A model generated the notes under the pieces. That model ran no database searches. It had not been told where the DNA came from and was given only the letters and a program-made list of their open reading frames with translations. A program made the position numbers and the translations under genes. A stretch of DNA of 64,000 nucleotides from Ophelia neglecta (Eukaryota), in contig OZ260663.1 in NCBI GenBank assembly GCA_965285935.1, forward strand, positions 14,012,001 through 14,076,000. Reading direction: 5' to 3'. Of the stretch, positions 13,801 to 28,271 are shown in pieces (positions within the stretch are counted from its first letter, which is position 1; every line of letters begins with the position of its first letter).

Positions 13801-15069
13801 TATCACTTGCAATGAGAAGTCATTTTGTGATTTTCCCGCCGTTTTGTGAAATTATTATAATGAGAAATATTCTATTGTTTTTTTCTTCAACTTAAACCAT
13901 TCCCTAAAACCTACTTCCAATTCATTGCACACTGCATCAAAAATGTGCCCATGTTTTTATTATTGTGTATTTGTTCAGGCCACATATACATTGTATTTAC
14001 ACGAGAAAACATACTCCGAGCAATCGGCAAATATTTTTCAGCATAAGGTTAATGCAAACGGCTCGTTTTATGAAATATTAGGTCCCACAGCTGAAAAGTG
14101 CTCCCTCCCTCCTACCAACTCAAAACCATAGGATAGCACGACCCCGGGGACATAATAAACAACTGTTTAGCGACCTGTGGATGTAATATATCCCTGGTAT
14201 TATTAACCCCTGATATAATAGGATTCTAAACCGTCGTACTACTAAATACTAGTGTGTCAAGACAGGGGATTCCTGTTTTGCAGTTAGGCTTCGTAATTGC
14301 AGTGGGGTGAGAGGGGGCGACTCCAAAACATTTACACCAGTACAAAACCCTGGCTCTCTTGGCTTTGCACTTACTTAGGTCAGAGTCTTAACATTTTTTC
14401 AAGGTACCAAATCGAGACTTGTCACTTCTTGTGTCAGAGCTTGGTCTTAATGCGAGTCTAGGCTTTGAAAACCAGCTTCCAAGCACACTGTGATCCACGC
14501 AGTTAGCCATTAAATTAAGGCTTAACTCTTCGGTTAACTAATTCTTCAGGCTCGCTTTTTATAGTTTATTAGATGGAGATAGCTGTTTACAACTGAATGT
14601 TTTAGCTTTGCTCTTAATTTGGTAGGATTTGCATTCCAGTCAATGTTAATTGAGGGTTTTATATATCACACTTTCACCTTGTTAGTGTAAAGCTCTCATT
14701 TAAGGGCATAAGGGCGCTCTTTAAATGCCAACATTATCATTATTTTTATTGGCAATGTGTGACGATGATTATAAACATACTTGGTTATTTCTGTGGTGTC
14801 AAACACGTGTAGAAATCCTTGATAATATGGTCAGTCGGCAAGCTCATGAATCAATGACGAAACAGTTAACATTGGCTATATATAAGCCCAATATGACTGG
14901 TCACTGATAGGCTGCCGAGTAACCTGTCCTTCGGACGTCATGTCATCTGACCAGAGTTTAGTAAGTCATGATTTTAACATGTACCACTAACTCCGACCTA
15001 TTCTTATGAATACAAGACTTGTTCAATGGCTGTCTCATTATGTAGTAAGGCATACCCTTCAACCAAGCC

Positions 15070-16450
15070 TATTCAATAATTGTTGCTATCTGTATGGCAG
15101 CTGTGGAGACCTTATCAACGATAGCATTTGGATGCGCCTAATCAGAGAAATATTCTTAGGTGTACCTAGATAATGCAACCGATCGGGAAATTTCAAGTCA
15201 CAAGCAATGCTGGGGTATCATAGTTATCCCAGGCGGCTCTGTTATCATTCTAAGCAGGTTTTTTTTTTCAATAAAATTTGAACTGCCATGGTTCATACGG
15301 GTATTTAATATACTGCACTTTTAAGTTTGTTTTAGCAATTTGTCATCTCTAATGCTTACTTTTGGGACCTGGTATGGCCCATACGAGCATATATGTATAC
15401 AAGCCCAAGGGGTAGAACAAAATATCCACACAGTTGTTAGTTCGGGACCATAGTATCGCTTGATGCTCTTGTTAATTCCGGTTTTGGAGTTGCTTCGTAT
15501 TTTGGCTCCTTGGTAACAGTAGCTACAAGTTCGTTTTCTTCTGTAATATGGCCGTCGACAGGGCCAACACTTCAGCTAGCAAGGCATGATTATAGTCTTA
15601 TCTCATGTAAAGCCAATCATCTCATTGCCACATATCACGGTTCGATAGGAGATCGATTTGGTCCTAGCCAATCCTTGTCGACAGTGGAAACACCTAGTCA
15701 CAATTGAAGATTCAGAATTCGGGGTGGATTATTATATTGTCCGTCATATATACCCTGATGTTAATTTCACATAAATAACTACTCACAATTGGCATGGGTG
15801 TGAAGAGATTTTATGCCTTACAATTACGTGTCTGGTACGCCGGATGGAATAATTCACAAACCTGTTGTTTAGGAGTCCTTCATATCAGATAACCCCCAGT
15901 CACAGAGAAAAGCATCAACGAAAACGTTGCTTTAATATTAAATGCTAGCGGGTCCTAAATAAAGACAATGTAAAGCATTGTGCTATCATGACATACACAT
16001 AAGCAACGTCCAACAGTAGCAGTTTTATTGCCCATTTGTTCAGCGTTACATCATCGGGAGTGGTAATTAGATTAGCCACATCTTCAGTCATTCAAACCAT
16101 CAATAATAGAGCGTTCACTTCAAGTACAAGAAGTACCCAGACGACCAATTACTTAAACATTGATTAGTGTGACTAGAGGGCGCGCCCTTCATGAATTTCT
16201 ATCTGAGCTAATTACAACCTTAGTTCAAGGGCCTAATCCTTTGCCTGCCACAGAATAATAGAGCTAAAAAGATATATTAATGAATAGTCCATATCAGATC
16301 AGAGTAAGGAAGAGTAACACTGGCAAAAAAGTTTTTACATTTGCCAAGTCTTTGTCATCGGTCACACATTAATACAAGCTTCCAGTGTATGCAATGGGGG
16401 CCATCAAGCTTGCATTTTTGATATTATCTTAAGCGAAGCTTCGACCGATT
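15070..16450 (+). pseudogene. Decayed viral-type UDP-glycosyltransferase domain, possibly preceded by a papain-like protease remnant
   Basis: CCYLY...W....FLGVP (~15080-15170), HLIATYHGSIGDRFGP (15618-15665; GT1 G-x-x-GD motif), HLPSLCH, and VCNGG (16387-16401; HGG motif) about 260 codons later. This is the Pro-UGT order of betahypoviruses. Confidence 0.5.
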
Positions 16451-18388
16451 GACTCCTCTTTCCAGTTCGTCCTATGGTGTATGTTTGGTTAGATTACCGT
16501 TCATACTTTAATAGTGAAATAAGTATCCCCCTTACATAGCATAGTGTGTGTAATATGCTATTATGATAATACAATATGCATTATATATTTTTAGGTTTGT
16601 CACAGGACGTTTAGGAGCGAAAAATGAATAAGTATTTATCTTTCTGCCGTTATCTGTCGAAGTTGCAATACCATTGAGTGCCGGAAAAGCGATCCATCAT
16701 CTGATAAACCGAATATATTTTGTAATATCCCTGGAGCATGAAACCCCGCCAAGCATTTTTCCTAGACAGCTGCCACGTTAGACGAAAGTATGTGAAAACG
16801 ATTCACAACAAACAGTGTGAATTAACAATGATAAGCAATATAAGTCAACTGATTAATAAACAAGGTTTACTTATACAAGTACCGATAGACATTAGCGCCA
16901 CTTATTGTTTGTCAGAGGTCTTGTATGACATGCCCATCTAGTCACTTAAATCAGGTACAAAACTTTGAACATCACCGAATAAGGAGATCTATCCATTTGC
17001 TAATCACAAATTTATGGCCACACCGATTTTATTCTTTATGCTTTTCCAGCTCGTAGATCTTGGTTAAACTATTAGGCCTCTCGACGATAATTGGAATGAA
17101 TTGCTAATATATTTGCCTTCCTAAACACGGACTAGTTAATTGTTGCTTAAATTATTTATAAAGACAATTTTCAAAATAACTAACGCCTGGCTTCTTTGTT
17201 TTGCGGGTGATATATGTGTAGAAAATGTTACTGTCTGTTAATGTAGTTCGTATGACGGTCAAAAGTATATGTTTTAAGACAGTTATACATGAAAAATTCG
17301 CTACCCGATGATTACCATGTGGTAGACTGGCCTATATAAGTAGGACGCTGCTCAATATATCTTAGATAATTCACATCCCACCACTAAGCTCACGAAAATG
17401 CAGAGTCTTTATGCATGTAGGTTTGATGGGTGAGGGTGGGATTGGGGGAGGGTGAGGTTGCACTGACAAGATAAACTGGGTCTTACCGGTTTAAACTAAC
17501 CATCCAAGATGTGAGCATTGGTTTCATGTTAACTTTAATATACTCTTGTACAATTGTATGATAAACGGACAACATTATGGCTATATTATTTGTAGAAGTC
17601 TCCATACCCTCAATCATTTCTCTAAAATTAATGCTTTCTCGGAAAGCGAATATTATTGATTTGACTTCTGGCTTAAGTTACTTCACATGATTGAAGGTGA
17701 TGTAGCACCCATGCAATTTCCCGCTCCATGGTGTGATCATAACTCATAAAATATCAGCCGCAAGTGGTGGGAAACCTGATGTTTTATCTTTGATACCATT
17801 CATGAGTTTCAGCGGAAGCAAAATATCAGTTTTGCATGCAAAAACGGCGCTTCTACACATCTGGTTCGACTCATATCGTGGATAACTGTTGACTTCTTCT
17901 CAAGTGGTGTCACTTTTTATTTGTATATCTGACCTTTTGTTCCAATAAGCACATTTTACTCATAGAACTGAAGACTGATGTTTGTTGGCTGGCTGCTAAG
18001 GGTCCCTGATAATTTCCGAGCGATTTCATAGGTCATACTTGTTCGCAGTTTTATTTGTTTCTCTTCCAGGTATTCACTAATGTTGTGCGTAATACTAAGT
18101 AAAAGGCAAGGAATACCATAGATTTTATGCTGCATCCTTGCAAACACATTCGATCCAATTTAAATAGGATAAGAACATGCGAATTTTGATTCACAGTGTT
18201 ACTCTCTATGCACGCTTAACATTATAGTACCTTGTTATCAAACAATGGCAGATCAAAACAGGGAGACCAAGGGTTAAAGCATTAGGATTGTACTAAAATT
18301 CATGGCCACGGGAAAAAGTAAAGATTTTTGTTAGTAACACTCGAGTGGATGCCCGGGGAATAAAAGAAAATCAGCGATATTGCATATA

Positions 18389-18567
18389 CAGTGAAACCTG
18401 TGATTTAAGACCACCCAAGGGACTGGAAAACATTGGTCTGATTATAGAGGTGGTCTATTTAGACAGGTTATTATTCTATCAAAAGTATACAGCAACAGCC
18501 TCATCTTGGTGGTCTGAATTGACAGGTGATCTGAATATAGAGGTGGTCTTTAAGGAAGGCTTCACTG
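18389..18567. mobile_element. 179-bp Tc1/mariner(pogo)-type MITE, second copy in opposite orientation
   Basis: TIRs cagtgaaacct...aggcttcactg and TA TSD. Same length as, and homologous to, the reverse complement of 11214-11392. Confidence 0.85.
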
Positions 18568-18749
18568 TATTATTAATGTATACATCTGCCATTTGAACGA
18601 CGCGAGTCTAAAAGAAGCACGTGGCTTAATGCTAGCTGCGTTTACCATCCGAGTAATGATAAATACGGTTTGTCGTGGAATTTAACTGTCAGAATTTTTC
18701 ATATGCTCGATTAAATCGAAGAAATCACATTGCAATAAACATACAGGAA

Positions 18750-19050
18750 TTAAACTGTTTGTATTCACAGCCAGAACTGTAGAAGCTTGGGAAGAACTGC
18801 GCATACCATTAGTATACTAATTTTAAAGTTGTCTACTACTACAAGTAGCTATCGAGTTTCTATAGCTGACTGATTGATATCTCCCGTATTGTTGACCTCC
18901 GTGACCTGCATCCATTCAGACATGCTTTTAATCGGCTAACACCTAAGGGTCGACAAATCCAAGAAGTACAGCGTCATCGTTCATTGCCTTCCACTTTAGA
19001 TCAGTGCACAGATTTTTTACAGGTGCCTTGGATGTTTTTTTTTCTTTCTT
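18750..19050 (-). pseudogene. Possible decayed RdRp motif B-C fragment
   Basis: IQGTCKKSV..S, then W.CRPLG, then VNNTGDIN (18876-18893; cf. NTGDDN). Confidence 0.35.
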
Positions 19051-22000
19051 ATTAGTGCAACCCGACGATCAAACACGTTATTTCACTGGTTTTTGTCAAG
19101 GGGGAAACCATGAGGCAATTTTCAGCTTCAGATACACGTTTGGCAAGCCTGAATCCTACGATGTTTTCCAAGTACGTGCCGGCAGACCTATGCATAAACT
19201 AACAACTTCAAAGATCACCTTGATGTTACAAGCATATCCTAGAATATCTAATCTCTTCGTATATTTGTTTGTGAGCAGAATTTTGTTTAATTAGGCGGAC
19301 ATTTTCCAATGTATAGCGGGTTATGGTTTAGACCATCTTTAGAATAGACGCATAGTTTTTAGGATACACTTGAAGTTGGCGTGTTCCTATGATTGAATCT
19401 TTCTTATACAAGAGCAAAACCTCAAATTTGTAATAGGTGAAGATAACGTATGGGCTAGCTTTAAAATGTTTAATGTGCTATTTTAGGAGCAGGCGAAATT
19501 ATACAATCAGCTTCGATCAGGAAAAACCTGAATACCCTCAAACTATGACCATGCGACTTTGATCTTCTGCGGTATATGACCAATACATACCATTTATATT
19601 CCTATTGCTTCTTAAAAGGCCACTTGTAGATTTCAGAAAGCAAATACTTTTTTCTCGTGTATATCCCCTTTGCACATATACACATTATACATATTTGATC
19701 ATATATAAATAATATATATGCAATTACATTTATCATTGGAAGTGTATGAGCTACATTTGAAATGAATAGATTGCCCCATTTATTGCAATTTATGAAAATT
19801 GTGATTGAGTGTCCAATCTCCGATGTGCATTAAATCTGTTTTTTCCTTTCCAGCGACTGTAGCTAAATATTCCCAGGGCATAAGAAATGAATCAATTAAG
19901 ATCCTCTGTGAAACGACCTTTTACGATACTCGATCACTGTACACATGCTCCTTGTAGGGATTTTTGTCTCATATACAGCAATTTAAACCAATTACGTTGG
20001 AATTTTATCGTCTATATTTAAAAATCTCAAATTTGCACGAGTAATATGTACAATATGGTTGCATAATTATATAGGTTTCGGCCACTATTGTTACCATATT
20101 GTTACCAAATTTTCATTTTAGTGCCTTGTGTTAGGACCAGATAAAAAATCTACGCCCGCCGGGAGTGTTACTGCGCTATTATCAACGGCTATACAAATGT
20201 TTGTTTTGTAAACGTTGTTCAACAATGTTAGACAGACAAGAGGGAAATAATTTAGTCGTATACAATTAACCTTGAGATATCATTGCTCGCTGCTGGCAAG
20301 AACAAACATATGAATATGATATGTAATTCATTATATGTTTGAAATAATTTCTTTGTTAATGGAGACTGTGATATCCGTTGCCGGAATTATTATGACTGTT
20401 TTTTTTGTAATTTAGCACTTCCAATGTCATTTTCAATAGATAACATCATTCAGTCTGTTATTTCTAGTCATACAATATTATCAATCTGGGCAAGATTATC
20501 TAGAAAAGTCCAAACATACCATACTTGATGACAGTATAATAAATTGTTTATTACTTTGCTATTGGCCTGTATATTTAATTCTAACTTATTATCCTCTTAT
20601 CCTGCGGTGTTTCTGCGCTATAACAAATACAAAAATAATAATTAGCATGCTCCATGGCCCATGGGTGTATATCAGAACAGGTGAGACACTTAGATGCACG
20701 ATTTGGTTCTGTACAGTTGAGAGCAGGCTTTTCAAGGGCAGTCACAAAAGGCCAAGTAATTTATGCTATTTTATTCTGAAGCGTCCAAACCCGTGGTGCC
20801 AAGAAGCCGCTGGCGCTATGACTTTTCATTCAATTGTATTGAGCCTGCAGTGCGTGATTTGGAACAATACGGTGTTGGGCTTGTAAATTGGGTAAAATCG
20901 GGCCTTCTATTGTCTTCCATCAGAAACTATTACCGACCGTTCCCAAGAGGGTTTTTATTCTAAAGCACACGCTCTTTTTGCCCATAAGCATTGGTTGTTC
21001 TACACCTTGGCTAGAAAGATTTAGCCTTTTTGTCATGCTAGTACAATTGTCTGTGCTGTAACCGTATTAAATAAGGTTTGATGTCTTTCGTTATTGGTGA
21101 TGGTCTGCACAATTTCTGTGGTAATTGAATATTAAATCTCAAGGGACGCGAGTGCAGGTTTGTGACCTTGGCGCCAATCTGCGTTTGTGCCTTGTTCTGA
21201 CAGACACAAATGAAGATGCGATCTAGTGTCAAGATTTAAGGTCATCCTTTCGTATCACCTTATAAAACACCTTTCTGTTTATGTACGAATTGCAGTCTTA
21301 TGTTTCGGAGATAAATTGTGCCACTTTTGCAGATAAAAAGGGTTGGGGGGAAATAAAACATTCTCCATTTAACGCAGTCAGTACGAAAGAGCCCAGGGTT
21401 CTGAGCCAGTGTTTATATAGGGGGGCCATTTATAAGTGCAGTAAGAGAAGACGTGTCTGTATCTATCACGAGGGCTTGGGTCTCCATTGAGGTCCCCTCC
21501 GAATCCGCTGTTTGGCTGGGGGCTCTAGTAAGTCTCCCCCTTGGGAGGTATCTTATATTTAGTCCGAAATGACGGCTTAATTTATGTAGATTGTTCCCTG
21601 AACGAAATAAATAATATGTGGTCCTAGCTGTAACTGCGGCATGGGCGTGACGGCTAATTCAAAAATTGCACTGCTTAACGAAATTCTCACATAGCTCTGT
21701 CTTTGAAAGAATTCTAAAAAAAAATGAAAAAGTTATCACTGGTCCTAAGTAGTTAAGGCACCAATAAAAATGCATATTTTCCGCCTCCTGAAATACTGCA
21801 AACCTCTAGACCATGATTTACTACTGGCTTTAGTGTTCACGTGCAATACAACTTTCCGTTTAATTAAAAACCAGCTAATTAGATATATCAACAAACCTCT
21901 TGAGGCTATTGCTCACATAGAAACATATATTGTAATGCTGATTCCGTTATTTTCTTTTTCTACAAAGTTGTTTATTAAATGTATTCAGTGACACGAGTGC

Positions 22001-23635
22001 CTTCCCTGTCATTGATAATCAGCAGATTTTGGCTGAAAGGTACTTGCGCCAATCAAAGTATCGCCCTAAACACCATTCCAACATTGGCACACCACGATTA
22101 AAAGATACCAAATGAAAGCAGCACAGTACCATCAAACACACTTTCAACCTGCCCTTTCTCTCAGTTCTCAGTTTTTAACAAATTTGTTATCCAAATTTGA
22201 ACCCAGCAATTCCTCAATAGTAACTTCATTATAGAGGAATAAGAACAAGAATAAGTCGTCTACAATTCACCGGGAATGCTTAGTTGAGATATACATGCTC
22301 GCTGCTGGCCTAAACATACCTTTAAATAAGATAACTTTTGTTATCGGAGACTGTGATTTCTGTTGCCGGAGTAACAAGCTGAGTAGATATCGTAATATAA
22401 GTACGATACATCCCTGTTCAAGTAAACTATCATTAACATTGATTAACTTCAGGTGTGAACAACCGCCAAGTAAACACAGTTTCGAATTTTTTTCTCGAAT
22501 CATCATGAGAAAACGTCACCTGTTTGTTAAGAAAAATGAGCTAAACAATACAAAAAAATCCTATTTTAATTTAATTTATCCAAAAACTAGGGACACCTGC
22601 TTTCGGCCTATTCATTTACACATAATCCTGAAAATTAATTTATGTGGGTCGAACCAAATGCAAACATGAAACATTATAATCATACTATTTTTTCAATTAG
22701 CAAAGTGTGCGTCTGAACGATCGAAACCAATATGAAGTCGTCCTGTTAAAATGTGTTTAATGAAGCCAACTTTTACTTTACATGACAAGGCTTTTATTGT
22801 GAATTCCCGCGAGGCTTTGTACCTATGATCGCCAATGTTTTGACCCATTAAGCATTGATTTGTCCTCAGCCTGTTGGCGTCTTACTCTGTTCTAAAAGCT
22901 GGATCGTTCCACCTATGGCTTCCTTGCAGTCTGAGGGCGGCAGTCGCTCGCCTTAATTATCAGTTAATCGAACATCGTTAGCTTCGATTCCTGTAAACTT
23001 TATTTAGTCTGCGTACTGTCAGTAATCTGTCGAATTAAATGTTTATTCATAATTTTATTTCAAGTCAGACGGCTTTAAATTAGTGTAATTCTGTAAGACG
23101 CATATTGCAATTAAATTACAATCCCGATGTACCTATAGCTTTGCATTGATGAATTTTCCCCATTGATCAACGAAATTTAGTTCAAAATCAAGGGAAATGT
23201 CATTAAATCTTTATAGCCTTTTACTCGGTGGGGTAGTGATAATATATAGAAGTCTGTCATAAATATGGCCATCAGTTCTTGCTTACCCATATGTAAGCCA
23301 TTAAATGTGATTATATTATTTTATTCAGCACACATTTTGCTTTATCCCAGGAATTTTCCGTAAATGCCAATGGCATCATTAGGAATGGTTTTAAACCGAT
23401 TGGGTGATAGATAATATATGTCCATAGTTAGTCGTCGAGGGCTATGGCTCACAATTTAAACGGAAAGTACCGGAAACTGATTGAGAGCGTTGTAGTCTCA
23501 TCTTCTGATTAATGGTCATGCTGCAATATTCTTTCGCTATGTCTAAATTACTAAGGTTCGATTAGTAGGTCAAGGTTTATATTCGTTACCACCTTTTGTA
23601 CCGATAACCATGTACATATATATATATATATTAAA

Positions 23636-23710
23636 TTTATTTTCTTTTCTTTTCAGGTAAGTACATCGTGATGTTACGACTCTATAAAAATACATCTTCT
23701 GGGGGTGAGT
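23636..23710 (+). promoter_or_regulatory. Recursive splice site 1 (AG|GT at 23656/23657) with 48-nt cryptic RS-exon 23657-23704
   Basis: tttattttcttttcttttcag|gtaagt is a full acceptor abutting a perfect donor, on the sense strand. A downstream donor ggg|gtgagt lies at 23705. Confidence 0.8.
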
Positions 23711-23899
23711 TGAAGCAGTGCTCATAGCAGAAGCATTTTTGCCAGGTAAAACTTATTTCAGAAATACTGTATGCGAGATTGGTGCTCATGTCGTTTCAAA
23801 AGAAAGTGTGAACTGTACATGTGAAAAACAATGACAAAAGAGTGAGACTGGTCTCAGTGGCCATTCACAAGCCGAGTAGATCTATCTCAGACATGGCTT

Positions 23900-24720
23900 G
23901 TCTTAAAATGGCAATACCTGTCATTGTGTGTTCGAAAAATGTCCCAACAGAGCCCAGGATTGTCAATGACAATTACGGGCTTGTCAACATGATAACAAGG
24001 TGACTGTGCTGTCGACCCCTTGGGGCTTGCCCGATGTGCGAAGTGTTCAGGTACCAGTGTGGACATATGGAACAAATACGCAGTTTTAACTCGGCGTATG
24101 ATATTTTTATTGGCTTCGTTCGCTTGTAGTCATTTGTAATTAGGAACGTGGTTGCTGTGGGTTGAATTGGCTAGACAGGGCACCATGAAGCCTATATCCT
24201 ATGCCAATTCGAGGTGTTTGCATTGTCCCTTCAATTTTAGAAATATTTTGTTTTCATCATTCATGATATTTTGTTTTATGCCAATTGGCAATACTAGGAT
24301 ATTTAATGTCGACTGCCTTATATTTATCGGTTATCTATTGCATAATTGACTAGAAGATGTCCTGTCCCGCCGATGGGTTGCTGGTATATATACCTAAGTT
24401 CGTTCAACACACTAGCAGTGATCATACTGTAGTTTGAACAGCTGTGTGCTTCTAGGGGCGCAGCACGGGCAGCACTGAGTGTTAGAGCTTTCTACGTACT
24501 AGCTTGAACTGGATCAACTGTGATCGACCGAAATGTTGCCATCAGCATTGATACATGGTGCGCAAACTACGCATATCACAATTGTTTTCTTCACTTCTAA
24601 TTTTTTCAATTCATCCCTTTCCGACGTTTCCAGTAGGTACACTTTCAATATTCTCAATGCAGCCGCCTTAGGCATGGATACGCTGTCTCCCAAACGGCTG
24701 ATAATAATGAACAGTGATCT
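23900..24720 (-). pseudogene. Decayed viral-type UDP-glycosyltransferase domain
   Basis: SLFIIISRLGDSVSMPKAAALRILKVYLLETSERDELKKLE (GD at 24679-24693; cf. hypovirus LIATMGTRGDHVP..ANMAA..VKTHLL..EDLENLK), with a later DIGFMVPCLANST. Confidence 0.45.
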
Positions 24721-25319
24721 ATAAAACGTTTAATAATGTTATTATAGATTACAGGACATACATACTATTATGTAGTATGACGAAATCGTAACACATCCCG
24801 ACAAGATAATTAGATAGCAACCTGAAAAAAAATCTCCTGCTTTTACACTTTTGTTGCCACCCATTAAATTGTCTATTGAATAAATAATCTCTTATTTCCC
24901 GTTAATACAAAAGTAAGAACAGAATAAACTGATATTATGAGTTATGGTGGCAGATATCTACTCCACCCAGTTCTAACCACATCCTACCATTATATCATAT
25001 GTGCAGTATGGAAACTCATTATTTAGCTTAGTTGACAATGTTTGCACGTTCACGACATTTTTCCTAAATAAAAATGACCCTTTAATCTCGGAGGCCATAA
25101 TTGAACAAGAAAGCAATTCTACGAGACATGAAAACTGCCATCATTATTCTTATGTGGATTTATGGTAGTGATCAACTTTACAAATTCAGGTAATTTTGAA
25201 TGCCATGTGCAACCTGAAATGCTTAGCAGTAATTCGTCTGGCATGTGCCTGCCTACGCATTTCAGCGACAACAAAATAATATATTACGTAGAGGTGGATC
25301 AGCCTAGATTATTGATATT

Positions 25320-25760
25320 ACTTGTACTGAGAGTGGATTAAGCTGTCTATCTTACATAGTTCAGAATGGTACTTCTCAAATGTATTTTTTTGTACATAAA
25401 CTAGGTACAAGCACAATAATCAATTGCGGTTTGTTGCAAATATGCAATTTGACCCTTTTGTAGTTCATGTGCCCTTCATATTCGAGGTCCGTGGAAAGAG
25501 TCATTTGTGAAACCATTCGGTTTGTAATTATCAGAAGGAATAATATTTACCATTTAGTTCCTTGTAACCATGTAGTGTTCACCTTATTCCTCGATTCCAA
25601 TTCTTGCGTACATCATGTAATGAATTGATTACTAGAACTGGAAGACACGTCTATCCACAGTGAACGAAACAATTGTCCATGGCCATGCTGCGCTTTGTGG
25701 TCAATTGGTTTCCTATGATTATATATTCGCAGTTCAAATGACTTACTTTACTGATTTCAA
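25320..25760 (+). pseudogene. Decayed RdRp C-terminal fragment (motifs B-E and downstream)
   Basis: ESGLSCLSY, FVANMQFD, WKESFVKPFGL*LSE..I*FL, IPRFQFL...ELITRTGRHVYPQ, NETIVHGHAALC (cf. hypovirus PRF.V.QNP.AILLRRTAFRYYQ..ER.AGHA). Confidence 0.45.
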
Positions 25761-28271
25761 AGCTCATCATGTTTTGGGCAGCTGCACGGAATTTATTACC
25801 GCTCTCACAACATTCAATGTTAAAAGCATTCAGTGTAGGTGGCAAATCTACATTACCTCGTTAACGCAATTCGTCAGGGCGTTAGTATAATTACCTTTCA
25901 TGCCATATGTTTTCCAGTAATAACCTGCAAATTGCGATGCAGCTATTTCTATTCTGATTTATATATATCCCGTTTTAACTTTAAATGAACTTCTCTAAGA
26001 CCGTGTAGGTTCGGAAAACATATAAAAGCTATGTCGTGTATGGAGAACCGTTCTCAGGGCTTAGCTTGTCTCAACCATTCCTACATTCCTCAGGTAGTTA
26101 TAGTCAATTCAAGCGTATGACGTGGCACCGCCAAAACATATGCGTGTTCCTCGTAATGATTGGATAAGGAGCGTATACTAGGCACGTTCAGTTTCATGAT
26201 GGACTAGTATCATTATTGATCATAAAACACAATTAATAGCTACACTCATTGATTTAATAGCTGCTAAGTGGTTCTCAAGTTTTTGGTAGAGCAAACCTTG
26301 TCGTTTAAAGTGGTGAGCTTTTGGGTTATTTTATGCCCTTGCCTGGAAAAACCTACTCGCGCCCTCGGGGGCATTATACGTGCATTCTCGCTTCAGGATC
26401 CAGTAATGACATAAATCATTGCTCATCATTCTTATATGGCATGCTTACACTTTATGAATTGCGCCTATACCAGAATAAGCAGTAACTATTTGCAGTCGAT
26501 GTGTTCAGCTGCCCGTATCTGCAAGACCTACCAAGCAACACTAGGTAAAGCTACTCCTCATATAGTATACGTTCAAGACGCTTCGAAAGTTCTACATTTA
26601 CGAATTGGTATTATGTGTTTTCCCCCAAAATATAAGCGAATGTCATAGCTTTCGGCACAACTTATTTGACCATCTTATTAAAAATGTGTGTTAAGTTCAA
26701 ACTCTTCAGTTTAAACTGTTATATAAGTAAATAAGTTTTTACTCCAACTTGACATTCTGGCATTCCAATATTTATATGATTTGCTGCTATTGAAATCGGC
26801 CACGTAAAATAAACAGCCAATAATTGCTATCAGGACATTTGATGACTTTCGTTCTTAATACACTCCAGGCCACTCTTTCATTACACTCCAGGCATGGTTG
26901 TGTGCCTTTACGACACTTCGTTGAGGTCAACTGGGCATTTCTGACAAAAAACGATAGTATGGAAACCTTGACTTTAAGGATTCAATAATTTCCTGGTTAT
27001 CATCTCTATGCAGTCCTCGGTATTCTGAGAATGGGGTAGATGAAAATGACCACAGAGGACACTTCATATAGAAATTTATTCCTTTGATAATAGGTAAATT
27101 ATTTAACGTCCTTCTTAGGACACATGAGTCGCGGCAACGTGTCCGCCTAGTCCGACGGGACAATGGAATAAAAACATCTATAGTAGCTGAACCAGAGCTA
27201 GCGTGAATATCAATATTTAGTGAATGGCATTGAGGCAACACATGTGATGGGATAAAAGGCTTCAGATCTGTTGTTACAATGCTTGAGCGATTTAGATTTA
27301 ATCCGTGTCTTGTCATGGTAAACACACACTTTATTGCCGAATGTAGGAGTAACTTTAATACCATAGTTGCATTCACACCATTCTCCGTAGCATCATTATT
27401 ACGAGAGATTTATTGCTTCATAGACTCTAAGAGCTTATATCAAATCTGTTTTATTTTGTTCAGTGATTCCTTTGTTCTTTTGTGTTCTAAGAAAAATTGA
27501 CCATTTGTCATTGCAAGCCATGTCAATTATCTTAATTAAGTTGGTCGCAAGATTTCACATTTACGAAACTGGCCATTGATATTTGTAAGCCTGCAGTTGT
27601 CGGTACCTGGGGACTATTTAATGAATTCTTTTTCATTGACAGTTTCGTTTTGTGTGCCCGGTGTCGACTCGTGTTCTTTTACTATATCATGTAATATTAT
27701 ACCATCAGGTGATAACTGCTAGATGGTATGGTGCTTAGGTAAACCTGTTTTGTGGCCTTTAGCTCTGATTGAACAACTTTCGAAACGCAAATGGTTAAAC
27801 AAGCATCAATAAGGAGACATCGCTTTAGTTCAATAATACGTTATGATTCAAATTACGTGTGCGGATACCCGACATTCAAAGCAAATTCATTAAACAAGAA
27901 AGTTCCATTTAATCAATCCGAAATACTCAGAAACCACCAGCTTCAGGCCCGACCCCAGGCTACTCGGGAGTACATATTATGGAACGTTCCATTTTTATCC
28001 CATTCTCCCATTTTGCGAACAAGTCATGATTCATTTCCGAAGCTCTGGGCCAAAAAACCGCACAATTGCATTTCCATTTCCGCCGTGCTAGCCTGCAGTC
28101 AATCAAAAGTAGAATAAACAACTGCTAATGGCATTCTCCACAATTGAATGTCGTCTGCTGGTGTTTACGTTATAAACGGAGCAGCAATCGACTGGAACCA
28201 GTTTCTGGAAAAAGCCTTAAGTCATTACTTGGAATAAAATCAGGTTTCAGTGCTTAATCGACCCTATCTTT

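Noticed and set aside
19830-19960. Strong acceptor at 19853 as NPR exon 2
   Set aside because: The phase-1 translation (ATVAKYSQG...) is unrelated to NPR and reaches a stop with no good donor.
26700-27050. CMPK2/thymidylate-kinase-like pseudogene
   Set aside because: Only a loose initial resemblance. The ordered SF2 helicase motifs explain the region better.
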